Part shown: in pieces, positions 1 to 9,522 of the stretch | Layout: the number at the start of each line of letters is the position of its first letter | How positions within the stretch are numbered: the first letter of the stretch is position 1 | Origin: Methanobacteriota archaeon | GTDB taxonomy: Archaea; Undinarchaeota; Undinarchaeia; Undinarchaeales; Undinarchaeaceae | NCBI GenBank assembly: GCA_002687935.1 | Contig: NZBN01000003.1 | Location: 1 to 52,842 of the forward strand | Direction: 5' to 3' | Length of the DNA stretch: 52,842 nt | Notes under the pieces: model-generated | What the model saw: the letters and a program-made list of their open reading frames with translations, nothing else | What the model was told of the DNA's origin: nothing | Database searches by the model: none | Made by a program: the position numbers and the translations under genes

Positions 1-1
1 C

Positions 2-1852
2 AGCCACAAGCTTAAGGGACCTGCATACATCAACAGTACTGAGTACAATTGGCACGAAGAGCTCTCAATTGACTTGAGCGACTTCAACGTTTCAAGAGAC
101 ACACTTGACTCCAATGCTGGAGACCAGTATGACGAGATTTTCTTGTCAGTTCAGTCTGGTTCTATGCAGTACAAATGGACCTTTGATAACAGCCAACAGC
201 TAACACACACTGATTTGCAGGGCGAGAAGATGTGGTTCATGGGTGAGGAATACACAATTGTATCTGTGACTAACAGCAAGGTCAAGCTAGGAGCATCAGA
301 TGCTGAGCTTGTTCTAACATCTGCAAATCCAAGTGCAACTGTCGCTGAGGTAGACGTCGTTATGGGCGGAGTATTCTCAGCTGGTGCAGGTTCAACAACC
401 TACAAGGCTAAGATGACTCTAACAAACGGTGGAACAACTGAGACCAAGTATGTAACATCCGGAACAACCGAGACTGTTGCAGGAATTGAGGTCTATGTAA
501 AGAACGCTGTTGTTACAACAAGCGGAACCAATGAGGGCGAAGTACAGGCCATTGTTGGAGCTGGAATTGTTGAACTAACTGACGGTGACTACCTGAAGTT
601 CGGAGATGGAACTGAATCAAGCTGGATTGTAACAAAAACACCAAGCAACGCAAACAGGATTGGTTCAATAGTTATCAACGAGTCTCAATCCCACACCTCA
701 AAAACAGGTGAATATCAGGTTTTGAGTGATGGTGGTTCAATAAATGTTCCTTCTGACTTGTTCGGTGCAACATACACTGGTCTAACAGATAAGGACGGAA
801 ACACTGTCAGTTACAGGACTGTAAACCTACAGCCAGAGACAAAGAACCTTGGAAGAGGTTCAACAACTGAACAAGTTGTCCGTGTAAGAACACCTGACGG
901 AAACTACGTGGAGTTCACTGATGCTGCAGGAAACACAAGAACTGACGACGAAATGTGGGTTGCAGCTAATCAATCTACTGGTAGTTTCTACTGGAAGAAT
1001 GAGACTGGCACCACAACTGTCTACAGCAACTTGACATCCCCAGTCATCAGACTAAGTGCTTCTGCTGCGTCTACAATATCGTGGAAAACACACAACTCAG
1101 CAGGTACGTCGTACTTGAACCTATCTGACCCTGTTCTATCTGAAAAGGCTACGGCATACAACCTATCTATTGTTTGGAGCAACGCAACCAACAAATTTGA
1201 CACCAATTCAACAACTGGTGTTTACATGGGATACGCTGCAACAAACCTTGATAGGGCTGGTCCAACTTCAGGTAAGTGGATTGCAAGAAAAACCAACTAC
1301 ACAACAGCTGTAAGAGACTACTACACCCTATACGGGCACAAGGTTTCAACTGCAGGAACGCACCTTGTAACAATACAAATGCCAGAAGGGCAGACCTACG
1401 GTGAACTTGTACTTGGTCAGCTAGAAGGAACTGAAGGAACACCTATCACTGCTGATGCAGGCGAAACTGTAACCATCGGTGGAGAAGATGTAAGAGTTGG
1501 CGGAGGCCTCAGTGCTGATGTCGCAGTAACTCTACCTTCAACAATCGGTAAGGTTGACAGTGCAGTTACTTCCGCAGACAAAACTGCAGGCACACTTGTG
1601 CTTGTCGGTGGTCCAGCGGTTAACACACTAGTAACTGAGCTTCAGACAACTGGTAAGCTAACAACAGATGTTGCAGGCCTAGGAGCCGGCGGCGGAGTTG
1701 TTGAGCTAGTTGCTGACGCATTTGCTGATGGCAACTATGCAGTTGTTGTCGCAGGTTCTGACAGAGCTGGAACTGCAAAGGCCGCAAACGTCCTTGCAAA
1801 CTTCGACAGCTATGCAGCAGAGCTTGACGGCCAGACTGTATACGAGGTATAA
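2..1852 (+). CDS. S-layer protein, 5'-truncated by the window edge
   Basis: Frame is open from position 2 (SHKLKGPAYINSTEYNW...), upstream of the TTG at 74. Thr/Gly/Ser-rich with about 10 N-x-S/T sequons. C-terminus has LVLVGGPAVN...VVVAGSDRAGT, typical of archaeal S-layer C-terminal domains. Followed by a terminator-like hairpin. Confidence 0.85.
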   Translation, partial: SHKLKGPAYINSTEYNWHEELSIDLSDFNVSRDTLDSNAGDQYDEIFLSVQSGSMQYKWTFDNSQQLTHTDLQGEKMWFMGEEYTIVSVTNSKVKLGASDAELVLTSANPSATVAEVDVVMGGVFSAGAGSTTYKAKMTLTNGGTTETKYVTSGTTETVAGIEVYVKNAVVTTSGTNEGEVQAIVGAGIVELTDGDYLKFGDGTESSWIVTKTPSNANRIGSIVINESQSHTSKTGEYQVLSDGGSINVPSDLFGATYTGLTDKDGNTVSYRTVNLQPETKNLGRGSTTEQVVRVRTPDGNYVEFTDAAGNTRTDDEMWVAANQSTGSFYWKNETGTTTVYSNLTSPVIRLSASAASTISWKTHNSAGTSYLNLSDPVLSEKATAYNLSIVWSNATNKFDTNSTTGVYMGYAATNLDRAGPTSGKWIARKTNYTTAVRDYYTLYGHKVSTAGTHLVTIQMPEGQTYGELVLGQLEGTEGTPITADAGETVTIGGEDVRVGGGLSADVAVTLPSTIGKVDSAVTSADKTAGTLVLVGGPAVNTLVTELQTTGKLTTDVAGLGAGGGVVELVADAFADGNYAVVVAGSDRAGTAKAANVLANFDSYAAELDGQTVYEV

Positions 1853-1863
1853 ACAACACTCTG

Positions 1864-1907
1864 AGAAGGGAGAGAGGGTTAATCCCTCTCCCTTCTTTTA
1901 TTTTTTT
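1864..1907 (+). terminator. Hairpin plus T-tract terminator after the S-layer gene
   Basis: AGAAGGGAGAGAGGG-TTAAT-CCCTCTCCCTTCT inverted repeat (one 2-nt bulge) followed by TTTATTTTTTT. Confidence 0.75.
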
Positions 1908-1943
1908 CAAAATCATTATAAGTAGTGCTAGCGTTCTCTACCT

Positions 1944-2531
1944 ATGGCAAAGAAAAAGACCAAAGATCGAGGAAACCTAATCATCATTACCTCTCTAATT
2001 TTATTTCTCGTAATTTCAGTATTCCTAGTACTCCCTGAAGAGAAGAAAGCACCTCCTGACATCTTCACCTGCCAGGGCCAGGAAACTGACTTCAATGTAA
2101 ACATATCTGACTGCCGCGCAGTTCAAATAATCCCCAACGAAGCAGCTCTCGTCGGAATTCTTCTGAATAGCCAAGTAAACGGTATAACCCTGCTTATGGA
2201 TCCTAACAAAAGCTGCACTGGCTGTCACCAAGGTGGTTACATAGGCTTAGCGGTCGGAACAGTCCAAAAACCAGCCCAGGCTCTTCATCTGCCTGTAGCA
2301 TTTGCATACACAGAGCAGTGGTACAAAACTCCCGGTATCCGAGTTAGTTCTCCAGCCGATGCAAGCACTAGAAATCCAATAATCTGGTTCAACCCTATCA
2401 ACCAGTCCGAGACCTCAATCCAAGTCTGGCCTGACGGCTTAATTACAATTAATGCAAAGGACGGCTACGGAATGCAGGCCGCTTCATGCAAGCTTGCAAT
2501 AACTTTAATAGAGAGTGTCCTTACCTGCTAA
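1944..2531 (+). CDS. Membrane-anchored secreted hypothetical protein
   Basis: Basic N-terminus plus one hydrophobic helix, then an extracellular domain with 5 Cys including CTGCH. Confidence 0.7.
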   Translation: MAKKKTKDRGNLIIITSLILFLVISVFLVLPEEKKAPPDIFTCQGQETDFNVNISDCRAVQIIPNEAALVGILLNSQVNGITLLMDPNKSCTGCHQGGYIGLAVGTVQKPAQALHLPVAFAYTEQWYKTPGIRVSSPADASTRNPIIWFNPINQSETSIQVWPDGLITINAKDGYGMQAASCKLAITLIESVLTC

Positions 2532-2535
2532 TTAA

Positions 2536-3378
2536 ATGGAATTAAAAAAAGTAAAGAGGCCTCGAAGTCTTAAGGAAGCCCTAGAAGGAAAGCTCACAGA
2601 GTCTGAAATGAAGCTTCTCGGAAGAGCTTTCGATTATCTTGGAGAAATAGCCATAATTGAAATTCCTGAAGAGCTTTTTTCTAAGGAAAAAATAATCGGC
2701 GAGGCTCTTCTCGAAGTTCACAAAGCCCTCAGGGCAGTATTCAGAAAGTCAGGAAAAGTTTCCGGGGAACACAGAACGAGGAACCTCAAAAGAATAGCCG
2801 GAATAGGCACAGCTGAAACAACCTACAAGGAAAATGCTTGCACTTATCACTTTGACGCAGAGAAAGTCTTCTTCACAGGTCGCCTTTCAACAGAAAGACA
2901 GCGTGTTTCTGACCTTGTTGGAAAAAAAGAAAGAGTTCTCGATATGTTCGCAGGCGTAGGTCCTTATACAATTCTCATAGCGAAAGAGCACCCAGGAGTA
3001 AAATTAACTGCTATTGATATCAATAAAGCCGCTATAGATTACCTTCAAAAGAACGCTGAGTTGAATAAAGTTCCAGAACAAATAAACACATTTATTGGCG
3101 ATGCATCAGAACTAGCATCAGAACTAAAACAGAAGTTCGACAGAATTATAATGAACCTCCCTGCCGGTTGTAGCGGACACATCCCGGCTGCTGTAAAAGT
3201 CCTAAAAAAGAAAGGAATAATTCACTATTACTTTTTTTCAGGCACAACCGAAGAGGCAAAACAAGAAGCACAGAGAGTTTTTTCAGACTACAATTACAAA
3301 ATACTTAATATTAAAAAGGTAAAACCATACTCTCCAAGAAATTTTACCTTCGTCGCCGATGTAGAGCTCTCAAGATAA
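2536..3378 (+). CDS. trm5: tRNA (guanine37-N1)-methyltransferase, Trm5/Met-10+ family
   Basis: AFDYLGEIAII; SGEHRTRNL; VFFTGRLSTERQR; SAM motif VLDMFAGVGPY; DRIIMNLP. Confidence 0.85.
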   Translation: MELKKVKRPRSLKEALEGKLTESEMKLLGRAFDYLGEIAIIEIPEELFSKEKIIGEALLEVHKALRAVFRKSGKVSGEHRTRNLKRIAGIGTAETTYKENACTYHFDAEKVFFTGRLSTERQRVSDLVGKKERVLDMFAGVGPYTILIAKEHPGVKLTAIDINKAAIDYLQKNAELNKVPEQINTFIGDASELASELKQKFDRIIMNLPAGCSGHIPAAVKVLKKKGIIHYYFFSGTTEEAKQEAQRVFSDYNYKILNIKKVKPYSPRNFTFVADVELSR

Positions 3379-3415
3379 AGATTAAATACTTCTTTCCTTA
3401 ATCAAAATCGGGAGA

Positions 3416-4732
3416 ATGAAGCGCATCGTAATTATAACACTAATAGCATTCCTTTTGCTTTCTAGCTCAGCCTATGCAGGAAATATTCTTACTATAACAA
3501 ATGCAAGCATAGAAAATGGTTCAATTGCTCTGCATATCAAAAATGAAGTTTCCTCAATTATGTACACTAATTCGAGCAAACACAGTACAGAATCTCTCTC
3601 TTTTATGGTTGATGGAAATTCAGTCGCTATAAAATCATCTGAAGCAAATGACATCGCATATGGTTCTACAAAGAAAGTTGTTCTTGATTCAGCCTGGCCA
3701 GCAACAGGTGCCAAGCTCATAAATGTCACCTATACAGATTCTTCCAACACTTCCTATCCTTCAGAATTTTGGGTAGTCTTTGCTCAAAAAGGACTTGTGA
3801 AGATAGACTACTCTTTCTCTCCATCTATTGCTAATACTGACAGCGACCTAATTGCAACATTTACTCTAAAATCAAGCAGTGAAGCGGCAATAACGGGCTT
3901 AGATATTGATATTCCAAATAATCCACGCTATTTCTTTGTTGATTCAAAGGGTTTCCCTAACAGCATGTCTGCAGGCGATGAACGTGAATTCAAAATATAC
4001 TTGAAATCCTCAGGAAGCTCGATGGCTGACACTACAATATACACAACTGCCTACCTTGCAATCAATGTGACCTATACGTACCTTGGCTACAATGATGAAC
4101 TCTCACTCAATGAAAGTATCATTGTTTTCAACCCACTGAAAGTTTCAACACTTCCTCATGTAATGACTAAAATAGAGGGACCGCAAAGTGCTGAGCAGGG
4201 AACTACTGCTGAAATAAATGCCTTTGCATGGAATGATAAAGAAGGAAGCAACAAAGGTTGCAGTCTCAGCCTCACACTATCTTCAGATGAGGACAGCCTC
4301 ATAATTCCTGTTACAACAGTTATTCCAGGAGAGGATTTAATTCACACTTATGCAATACCTTCTGACTCATTGGGAACATTCAAAATTGAAATCCCATCCG
4401 ACTTGTCTGATGGAGAGTACTATCTTACTCTGAAAGGAACATACAAGGATTGTGAGGTTAATGCTCCTCTCTCAGTCGAGGAATCAGTATTTGTTCTTCG
4501 TGTTGTCACAGCTGCCAAAGAAGAAGCGGTCGAAGAATCTTCTGAACTTATAGAAGAGGAAAGCACTGAAGAAGAAGGTCTGACAAACCAGACAATAGAG
4601 TCTGAAGTAGTTGAAAAAAAGACCTTTAAGGAAAGAAATCCCTTTCTCTTCCTCTTATTCCTTGGAGCACTCACCGGTCTCAGCACATTTGGAATAATTC
4701 ACTATCTCATAAGAAGAAGTAGTCATATCTAA
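3416..4732 (+). CDS. Secreted beta-rich (Ig-like / COG1361-like) surface protein with a C-terminal membrane anchor
   Basis: Sec-type signal (MKRIVIITLIAFLLLSSSAYA), Ser/Thr-rich beta-type segments with several sequons, acidic linker, C-terminal TM helix with a basic tail. Confidence 0.7.
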   Translation: MKRIVIITLIAFLLLSSSAYAGNILTITNASIENGSIALHIKNEVSSIMYTNSSKHSTESLSFMVDGNSVAIKSSEANDIAYGSTKKVVLDSAWPATGAKLINVTYTDSSNTSYPSEFWVVFAQKGLVKIDYSFSPSIANTDSDLIATFTLKSSSEAAITGLDIDIPNNPRYFFVDSKGFPNSMSAGDEREFKIYLKSSGSSMADTTIYTTAYLAINVTYTYLGYNDELSLNESIIVFNPLKVSTLPHVMTKIEGPQSAEQGTTAEINAFAWNDKEGSNKGCSLSLTLSSDEDSLIIPVTTVIPGEDLIHTYAIPSDSLGTFKIEIPSDLSDGEYYLTLKGTYKDCEVNAPLSVEESVFVLRVVTAAKEEAVEESSELIEEESTEEEGLTNQTIESEVVEKKTFKERNPFLFLLFLGALTGLSTFGIIHYLIRRSSHI

Positions 4733-5070
4733 TTTTTTCTTGAGAATATTTTTGGATAAATTAAGAGCCACCAATAGACATACAAATAAGCTGAAGCAAT
4801 TGCAAAGAAGAAGGAACTCGCGTAAGTAAGTCCTGCAGAGCTGTAAGCGATTGCACACAAACTTGCTACTATTGCCGTCTGGGAGAATGGCTTTTTACTT
4901 CCAAAAGGAAGAATCATTTTCACAGGAATGTAAAGAATCGCGGCTCCAAAAATAAAGGCATAAACTTCCGTTGCCCCCAAATACAGACTTACTGATGTTA
5001 TTGCACTTGACACGATTGCAGCGCTGTTGAATAACAATCCCATGTCAATACCTTCTAAAATATGTAACAT
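4729..5070 (-). CDS. Small integral membrane hypothetical protein
   Basis: 3-4 hydrophobic segments; fills the gap between neighbours and is divergent from fen. Start may be the ATG 9 codons downstream. Confidence 0.6.
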   Translation of the reverse strand: MLHILEGIDMGLLFNSAAIVSSAITSVSLYLGATEVYAFIFGAAILYIPVKMILPFGSKKPFSQTAIVASLCAIAYSSAGLTYASSFFFAIASAYLYVYWWLLIYPKIFSRKN

Positions 5071-5105
5071 AAACTTTATCTATATAGTATCATTAGTCTA
5101 TATTT

Positions 5106-6116
5106 ATGGGAGTAAAGCTTCGGGACCTTCTTGAGAGGGACGAAATCCGTCTTGATTCGCTCGCAGGGAAGCGAATTGGAGTTGATGCATTCAACACACT
5201 TTATCAGTTTTTGAGCACAATCAGACAGAAAGATGGAACACCTCTAATGGACTCTAGCGGAAATATAACTTCGCACCTTTCAGGCCTCTTTTACAGAAAT
5301 GTTCGTCTTCTTGAGCACAAAATCCTTCCAATATATATTTTTGATGGAAAACCACCCTCTCTCAAAGAAGACACAATAAAAGAACGCAAAGCTCGCAAGG
5401 AGGAAGCAAGAAAAAAATGGAAAAATGCCCTAGACGAAGGTGATTTAGACAGAGCAAAGACATATTCTCAAGCTACATCACAACTTGACGAAAAAATGAT
5501 AGATGAATCAAAAAAGCTCTTGGACTGTCTCGGAATTCCCCACGTTCAGGCACCTTCTGAAGGGGAAGCCCAGGCTGCTTATATGTGTAAAAATAATGAA
5601 ATAAACGCCGTAGGTTCTCAGGACTATGATTCCCTTCTCTTTGGCTCTCCTATTTTAATCAGAAATATTACAGTGAGCGGAAAACGAAAGGTTCCGCGCA
5701 GAAATATGTATGTAACAATCAGTCCAGAAAAAATAATTCTCCAGGACCAGCTCAATCATCTTGGTATAAGCCTAGAAAATCTCATAGAAATTGCAGTCCT
5801 CACAGGAACTGATTTCAATCCTGGAATAAAAGGTATTGGAGCAAAAACAGCACTAAAAGTAATAAAAAAAGATGGTTTCGAAACCGCAATCGAAAAATAT
5901 AATTTCCAGGTTGATCCATATGCAGTCAAAAAAATCTTCACAAATCCAGAAACCACTGATGATTACAATTTATCCTGGACTTTTCCTAATGAAGAAAAGG
6001 CACAGGAACTTCTTCACGAAAAGCATGAATTTTCAAGAGAGCGCATAAGCAATGCTCTTTCAAAACTTGAGGAGGCAACGGGCAGTCGTGACCAGACAAG
6101 CCTGGACAGCTGGTAA
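5106..6116 (+). CDS. fen: Flap endonuclease 1
   Basis: MGVKL...IGVDAFNTLYQFLSTIRQKDGTPL; APSEGEAQAA; SQDYDSLLFG; GTDFNPGIKGIG; C-terminal PIP-like QTSLDSW. Confidence 0.97.
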   Translation: MGVKLRDLLERDEIRLDSLAGKRIGVDAFNTLYQFLSTIRQKDGTPLMDSSGNITSHLSGLFYRNVRLLEHKILPIYIFDGKPPSLKEDTIKERKARKEEARKKWKNALDEGDLDRAKTYSQATSQLDEKMIDESKKLLDCLGIPHVQAPSEGEAQAAYMCKNNEINAVGSQDYDSLLFGSPILIRNITVSGKRKVPRRNMYVTISPEKIILQDQLNHLGISLENLIEIAVLTGTDFNPGIKGIGAKTALKVIKKDGFETAIEKYNFQVDPYAVKKIFTNPETTDDYNLSWTFPNEEKAQELLHEKHEFSRERISNALSKLEEATGSRDQTSLDSW

Positions 6117-6523
6117 TGGAGATAATCGCAAGCGGTCACACGAATGTTCTCGGAACCCACCCAACTACAATTGAAATAACAAAAGAGGCAGAACTCACTC
6201 CTCGTGGAAATTGTATCATTGCAGTCCGCGCAGACAAAGCCTGTTCAGACCTTCCTGATGAAATTAAAAAAGAACTACTCGGCGGAGAAAAATTCAAGGT
6301 TACACTACAAGCCGGAGAATTGATTGAGGAGATAATCGGAGAGGGCTCTCCTGACTTATTTTTTATACACCGGAAAGATATAGTGCTTCGAAAATCAGAA
6401 TTCATAGATGACAGAACTCTTCTAGTAAATTGTGACAAAGCCTGTTCAGACCTCAACAGAGAATTCATTGAAGAGCTAAAGAAACCTGAAACAAAACTTT
6501 ACTTTACACTAGAAAAATTATAA
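6116..6523 (+). CDS. DUF371 family protein
   Basis: SGHTNVLGTHPTTIEITKE-x-ELTPRGNCIIAV and VLRKSEFIDDRTL...CDKACSDL; coupled to fen by a TAATG overlap. Confidence 0.85.
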   Translation: MEIIASGHTNVLGTHPTTIEITKEAELTPRGNCIIAVRADKACSDLPDEIKKELLGGEKFKVTLQAGELIEEIIGEGSPDLFFIHRKDIVLRKSEFIDDRTLLVNCDKACSDLNREFIEELKKPETKLYFTLEKL

Positions 6524-7537
6524 CTAAAGAATTTTACAGCCCTTCTTCGTCACAAGGATATTATCTTCTATTCTGACTCCATATTTCTCTTTGACATATA
6601 TTGCCGGCTCAATAGTAAAGACCATGTTTTCTTCAAGAACTTTGCCTGAGCCAGTCATGATATTTGGTCTTTCGTGCACCTCGAGTCCTATACCGTGTCC
6701 CAAAGAGTGAACCATCCTATATCCTGCTTTCTCAATTATATCGTTAGCTGCCTTTGAAATATCTGAAATCCTGACTCCTGGCTCTATCAAGTCAATTGCC
6801 ACCTTCTGCGCCTCTTCAACAGTTCTATATATCTCCTGCAATTCTTTATTCGGATTAAGAAGAAAAGTCCGAGTTATATCTGCCCCATATCCTTCATAAG
6901 AACCGCCAGTGTCAACAAGAAGGCAGTGTTTTCCCGGCTTACTTACTCCTCTGTAATGAGGAACTGCAGAATCAGCATCATAAGCCACTATTGCACGGTA
7001 AAATTCATCCATATCTTCTATAGCATATTGTCGAAGAAGCTCAGCTCTTATCTCATTTCCTGGAAGGGAAGTATCTATTTTCTCAATAATCTGTTTCGTT
7101 GCTTTTACAGCCTTTCCAATCAAGTCAAGCTCATCTTTAGTCTTATACTGTCTCAAATCAAGAAGTGCCTCGGAAACATCCTTGGTTTTTATCCCAGCTT
7201 TCTGCAGCTTTCCTTGGATTCGAAGAGGAAGGAATTTCCCATTTACTCCAACAATTTTGTCCCCAACTATTTTCTTGATATTGTCTAGACTATTCTTTGT
7301 AGAAAACTCACGAATATCCTTTATCCAAGTCTCTTTTGAAGCTCTCTCCATCTCAAAACCAGGTGTGTAAATGATTGGCTCTTTTCCAATAATAGCAACT
7401 GAACTTTCAAAACCAGAGGCTCCAGTAAAATAATAAAAGAAAGGATCCTTCGCCTGAAGGTTCGTTAAAAAAAGAAAATCTATTTTCTGCTCATCAAAAA
7501 TCTCAAGAGCCCTCTCTGTCTGCTCCTTTCCAATCAT
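6524..7537 (-). CDS. Xaa-Pro aminopeptidase/prolidase, M24 family
   Basis: LLVDTGG-x-YEGYGADITRT; HSLGHGIGLEVHE; FTIEPAIY; GVRIEDNILV metal-ligand motifs. Confidence 0.92.
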   Translation of the reverse strand: MIGKEQTERALEIFDEQKIDFLFLTNLQAKDPFFYYFTGASGFESSVAIIGKEPIIYTPGFEMERASKETWIKDIREFSTKNSLDNIKKIVGDKIVGVNGKFLPLRIQGKLQKAGIKTKDVSEALLDLRQYKTKDELDLIGKAVKATKQIIEKIDTSLPGNEIRAELLRQYAIEDMDEFYRAIVAYDADSAVPHYRGVSKPGKHCLLVDTGGSYEGYGADITRTFLLNPNKELQEIYRTVEEAQKVAIDLIEPGVRISDISKAANDIIEKAGYRMVHSLGHGIGLEVHERPNIMTGSGKVLEENMVFTIEPAIYVKEKYGVRIEDNILVTKKGCKIL

Positions 7538-8640
7538 TCTTCCTCTTCAGCTTCAACAAGATGCATTGCGGATAATATTCTTCTGAGCTCTCCGTCTACA
7601 ATTTTGAAAGCAACGCTACTGGTAAATTTTTCTGGCTTCTGGAGCTTTTTCTTGAGTTCTTCCAAATCTTTCTCGTCAATTATCCCACAAAAACCAACTA
7701 TCATTGGTTTGTCAATTTTATCATCAAGAGTATCTAGAGCTCCCAATATTATATCCTCATAACCCCTTCGCACAATCAAACTTCTCCTAATATCGCTCTG
7801 TATTATAGCCCCCTTTTTTCTAAGCTCATCAAGGTTTATTGGTCTGAGAAGTTCAATGGGGAGATTACTCTTCTGTATGTGCCTGCTCCTGAAATACATT
7901 CCAAGAATCCTGCCTTCTGCATATTTCTTTAATTCAGTATGAGCCTCTACAGGCTTCAAAGAAATTGGTGCTCCTGTCAGATCTCCTTCTACCCTTACCA
8001 TAAGTTGTGTCTGTATAATTTCAACTATCCTCCCAATTCTCTGCTGAATTCCTTTAATATCTCTCTTTCCGTTTTTTGCCTCATCATCTTCTTCAATTTC
8101 CTGAAGCTTTTCAAGAAGCTCATTACAAACTTCAACCAGTGGTCCAACTCCTTTCAACTGTTCCAGAGTAAGGAAACCCTTTATTCTTCGTACTCCCTTT
8201 CTATCAATTCGTCCAAAAACGAAGCCATAATTCCTTGCGGGAACATTCTCAGAAAGATGCCGTGCGAAACCTCTCCTTGTCGGCTCTTCTATATCATAAA
8301 AATCCCCCTTTACCCTCTTTTCAGAGAAAGGAATCCTCAAATAACCATTTTCTTTGAACCATTTCCACAAATCTCTTCCTAAGAGTCCTGCTTCTATAAG
8401 AGCAATAATTGTTGCCGGCTCTACCATAATTTCTACCGGATCTACAGGGTCATCTTCCCCCAACCTTCCCATGCTAGCAATTATTTTCTCCGGGGAAAAG
8501 GGAAAGAAAATCTGAAAATTGGCTTCAACTTCCTTCAAAACCTCCTTTGTAGGGTTTTTGCCCTCTTCAATCCCAGTTCTAATATTTTTAAGATTCTGTA
8601 TATGTCTATCAAAATTGAATTTCTCAGGTGGTGGACTCAT
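7534..8640 (-). CDS. Hypothetical protein, 368 aa
   Basis: Long ORF overlapping the peptidase start by ATGA; no family recognised with confidence. Confidence 0.75.
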   Translation of the reverse strand: MSPPPEKFNFDRHIQNLKNIRTGIEEGKNPTKEVLKEVEANFQIFFPFSPEKIIASMGRLGEDDPVDPVEIMVEPATIIALIEAGLLGRDLWKWFKENGYLRIPFSEKRVKGDFYDIEEPTRRGFARHLSENVPARNYGFVFGRIDRKGVRRIKGFLTLEQLKGVGPLVEVCNELLEKLQEIEEDDEAKNGKRDIKGIQQRIGRIVEIIQTQLMVRVEGDLTGAPISLKPVEAHTELKKYAEGRILGMYFRSRHIQKSNLPIELLRPINLDELRKKGAIIQSDIRRSLIVRRGYEDIILGALDTLDDKIDKPMIVGFCGIIDEKDLEELKKKLQKPEKFTSSVAFKIVDGELRRILSAMHLVEAEEEE

Positions 8641-8703
8641 AACAAAAACATTAGTTTTCTGACTTAAAATAATTGTCGGAACTACTCTTCAAGATTCCAT
8701 CTC

Positions 8704-9444
8704 TCAGCTGTCACTTTGCTCCAGTATCTGCCCCACTCTTTTTATTGTGTTATATAAGTCTTTTTTCAATTCATCCAACTTATTCAGGTCTGCCTCGCCT
8801 TTTGCCTCCTCATATATCTGGTCAATCTGCATCAGACAGGACTGGAAATCATTTTTCAAATAGTCCTTAATTATTCCTGTTGTAAATCCTTCCATTGCTC
8901 CGGCATCTTCATGAGCCTGTCTTAGAATTCCCAAATCATTTTCAATCCTAATAAGACTCTCTTCAATTTGCAAAAGAAGGAAATTTGCCTCTGCGACTTT
9001 TTCTTCTTTCATTAGTTTTAAAACGTCTAAAAAAGTTTTTGGATATTCTCCCCTCTTCCGTATACCTAATTTCTTTGCCTGTTTCTTGGCCGCATCATAT
9101 CGGTCTAGTATCGCTTCCTTATTCTGCAATGACCATTCATGAACAGTCAATTTTTTACTTCGTTTTTTACTATTCACATATGCAACAACAAAACTCCTTA
9201 GATAAGATGTAATCGCCTTAAGTCTCTCCAAACTAGTATCCTTTTCAACCTTGTCATAAATATCGGTGAGCCTGCGTACATCAGGATAGACCATTTTCAT
9301 TATTTCTATTGTGGTGTTTCTGCCAAGAGCGTTATTAACCCCTGAAATCTGGTCAATAACTCTACTTTTCTCTCTTTCAAGACCCTCTTCTTTCTCTAGC
9401 TTTTCTCTTATTCTTTTAAAGGGTTCTTTTACCATAATATACAC
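8704..9444 (-). CDS. Hypothetical all-alpha/coiled-coil protein
   Basis: 246-aa charged, helical-looking ORF; start may be the ATG at 9435. Confidence 0.7.
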   Translation of the reverse strand: MYIMVKEPFKRIREKLEKEEGLEREKSRVIDQISGVNNALGRNTTIEIMKMVYPDVRRLTDIYDKVEKDTSLERLKAITSYLRSFVVAYVNSKKRSKKLTVHEWSLQNKEAILDRYDAAKKQAKKLGIRKRGEYPKTFLDVLKLMKEEKVAEANFLLLQIEESLIRIENDLGILRQAHEDAGAMEGFTTGIIKDYLKNDFQSCLMQIDQIYEEAKGEADLNKLDELKKDLYNTIKRVGQILEQSDS

Positions 9445-9522
9445 TACTTTGCTTTCCAGATATATGTCTTTTTTGTTTTAGGAATTCGCAAGTTTTTAAT
9501 AAACAATAACCTTAAAACAAAT

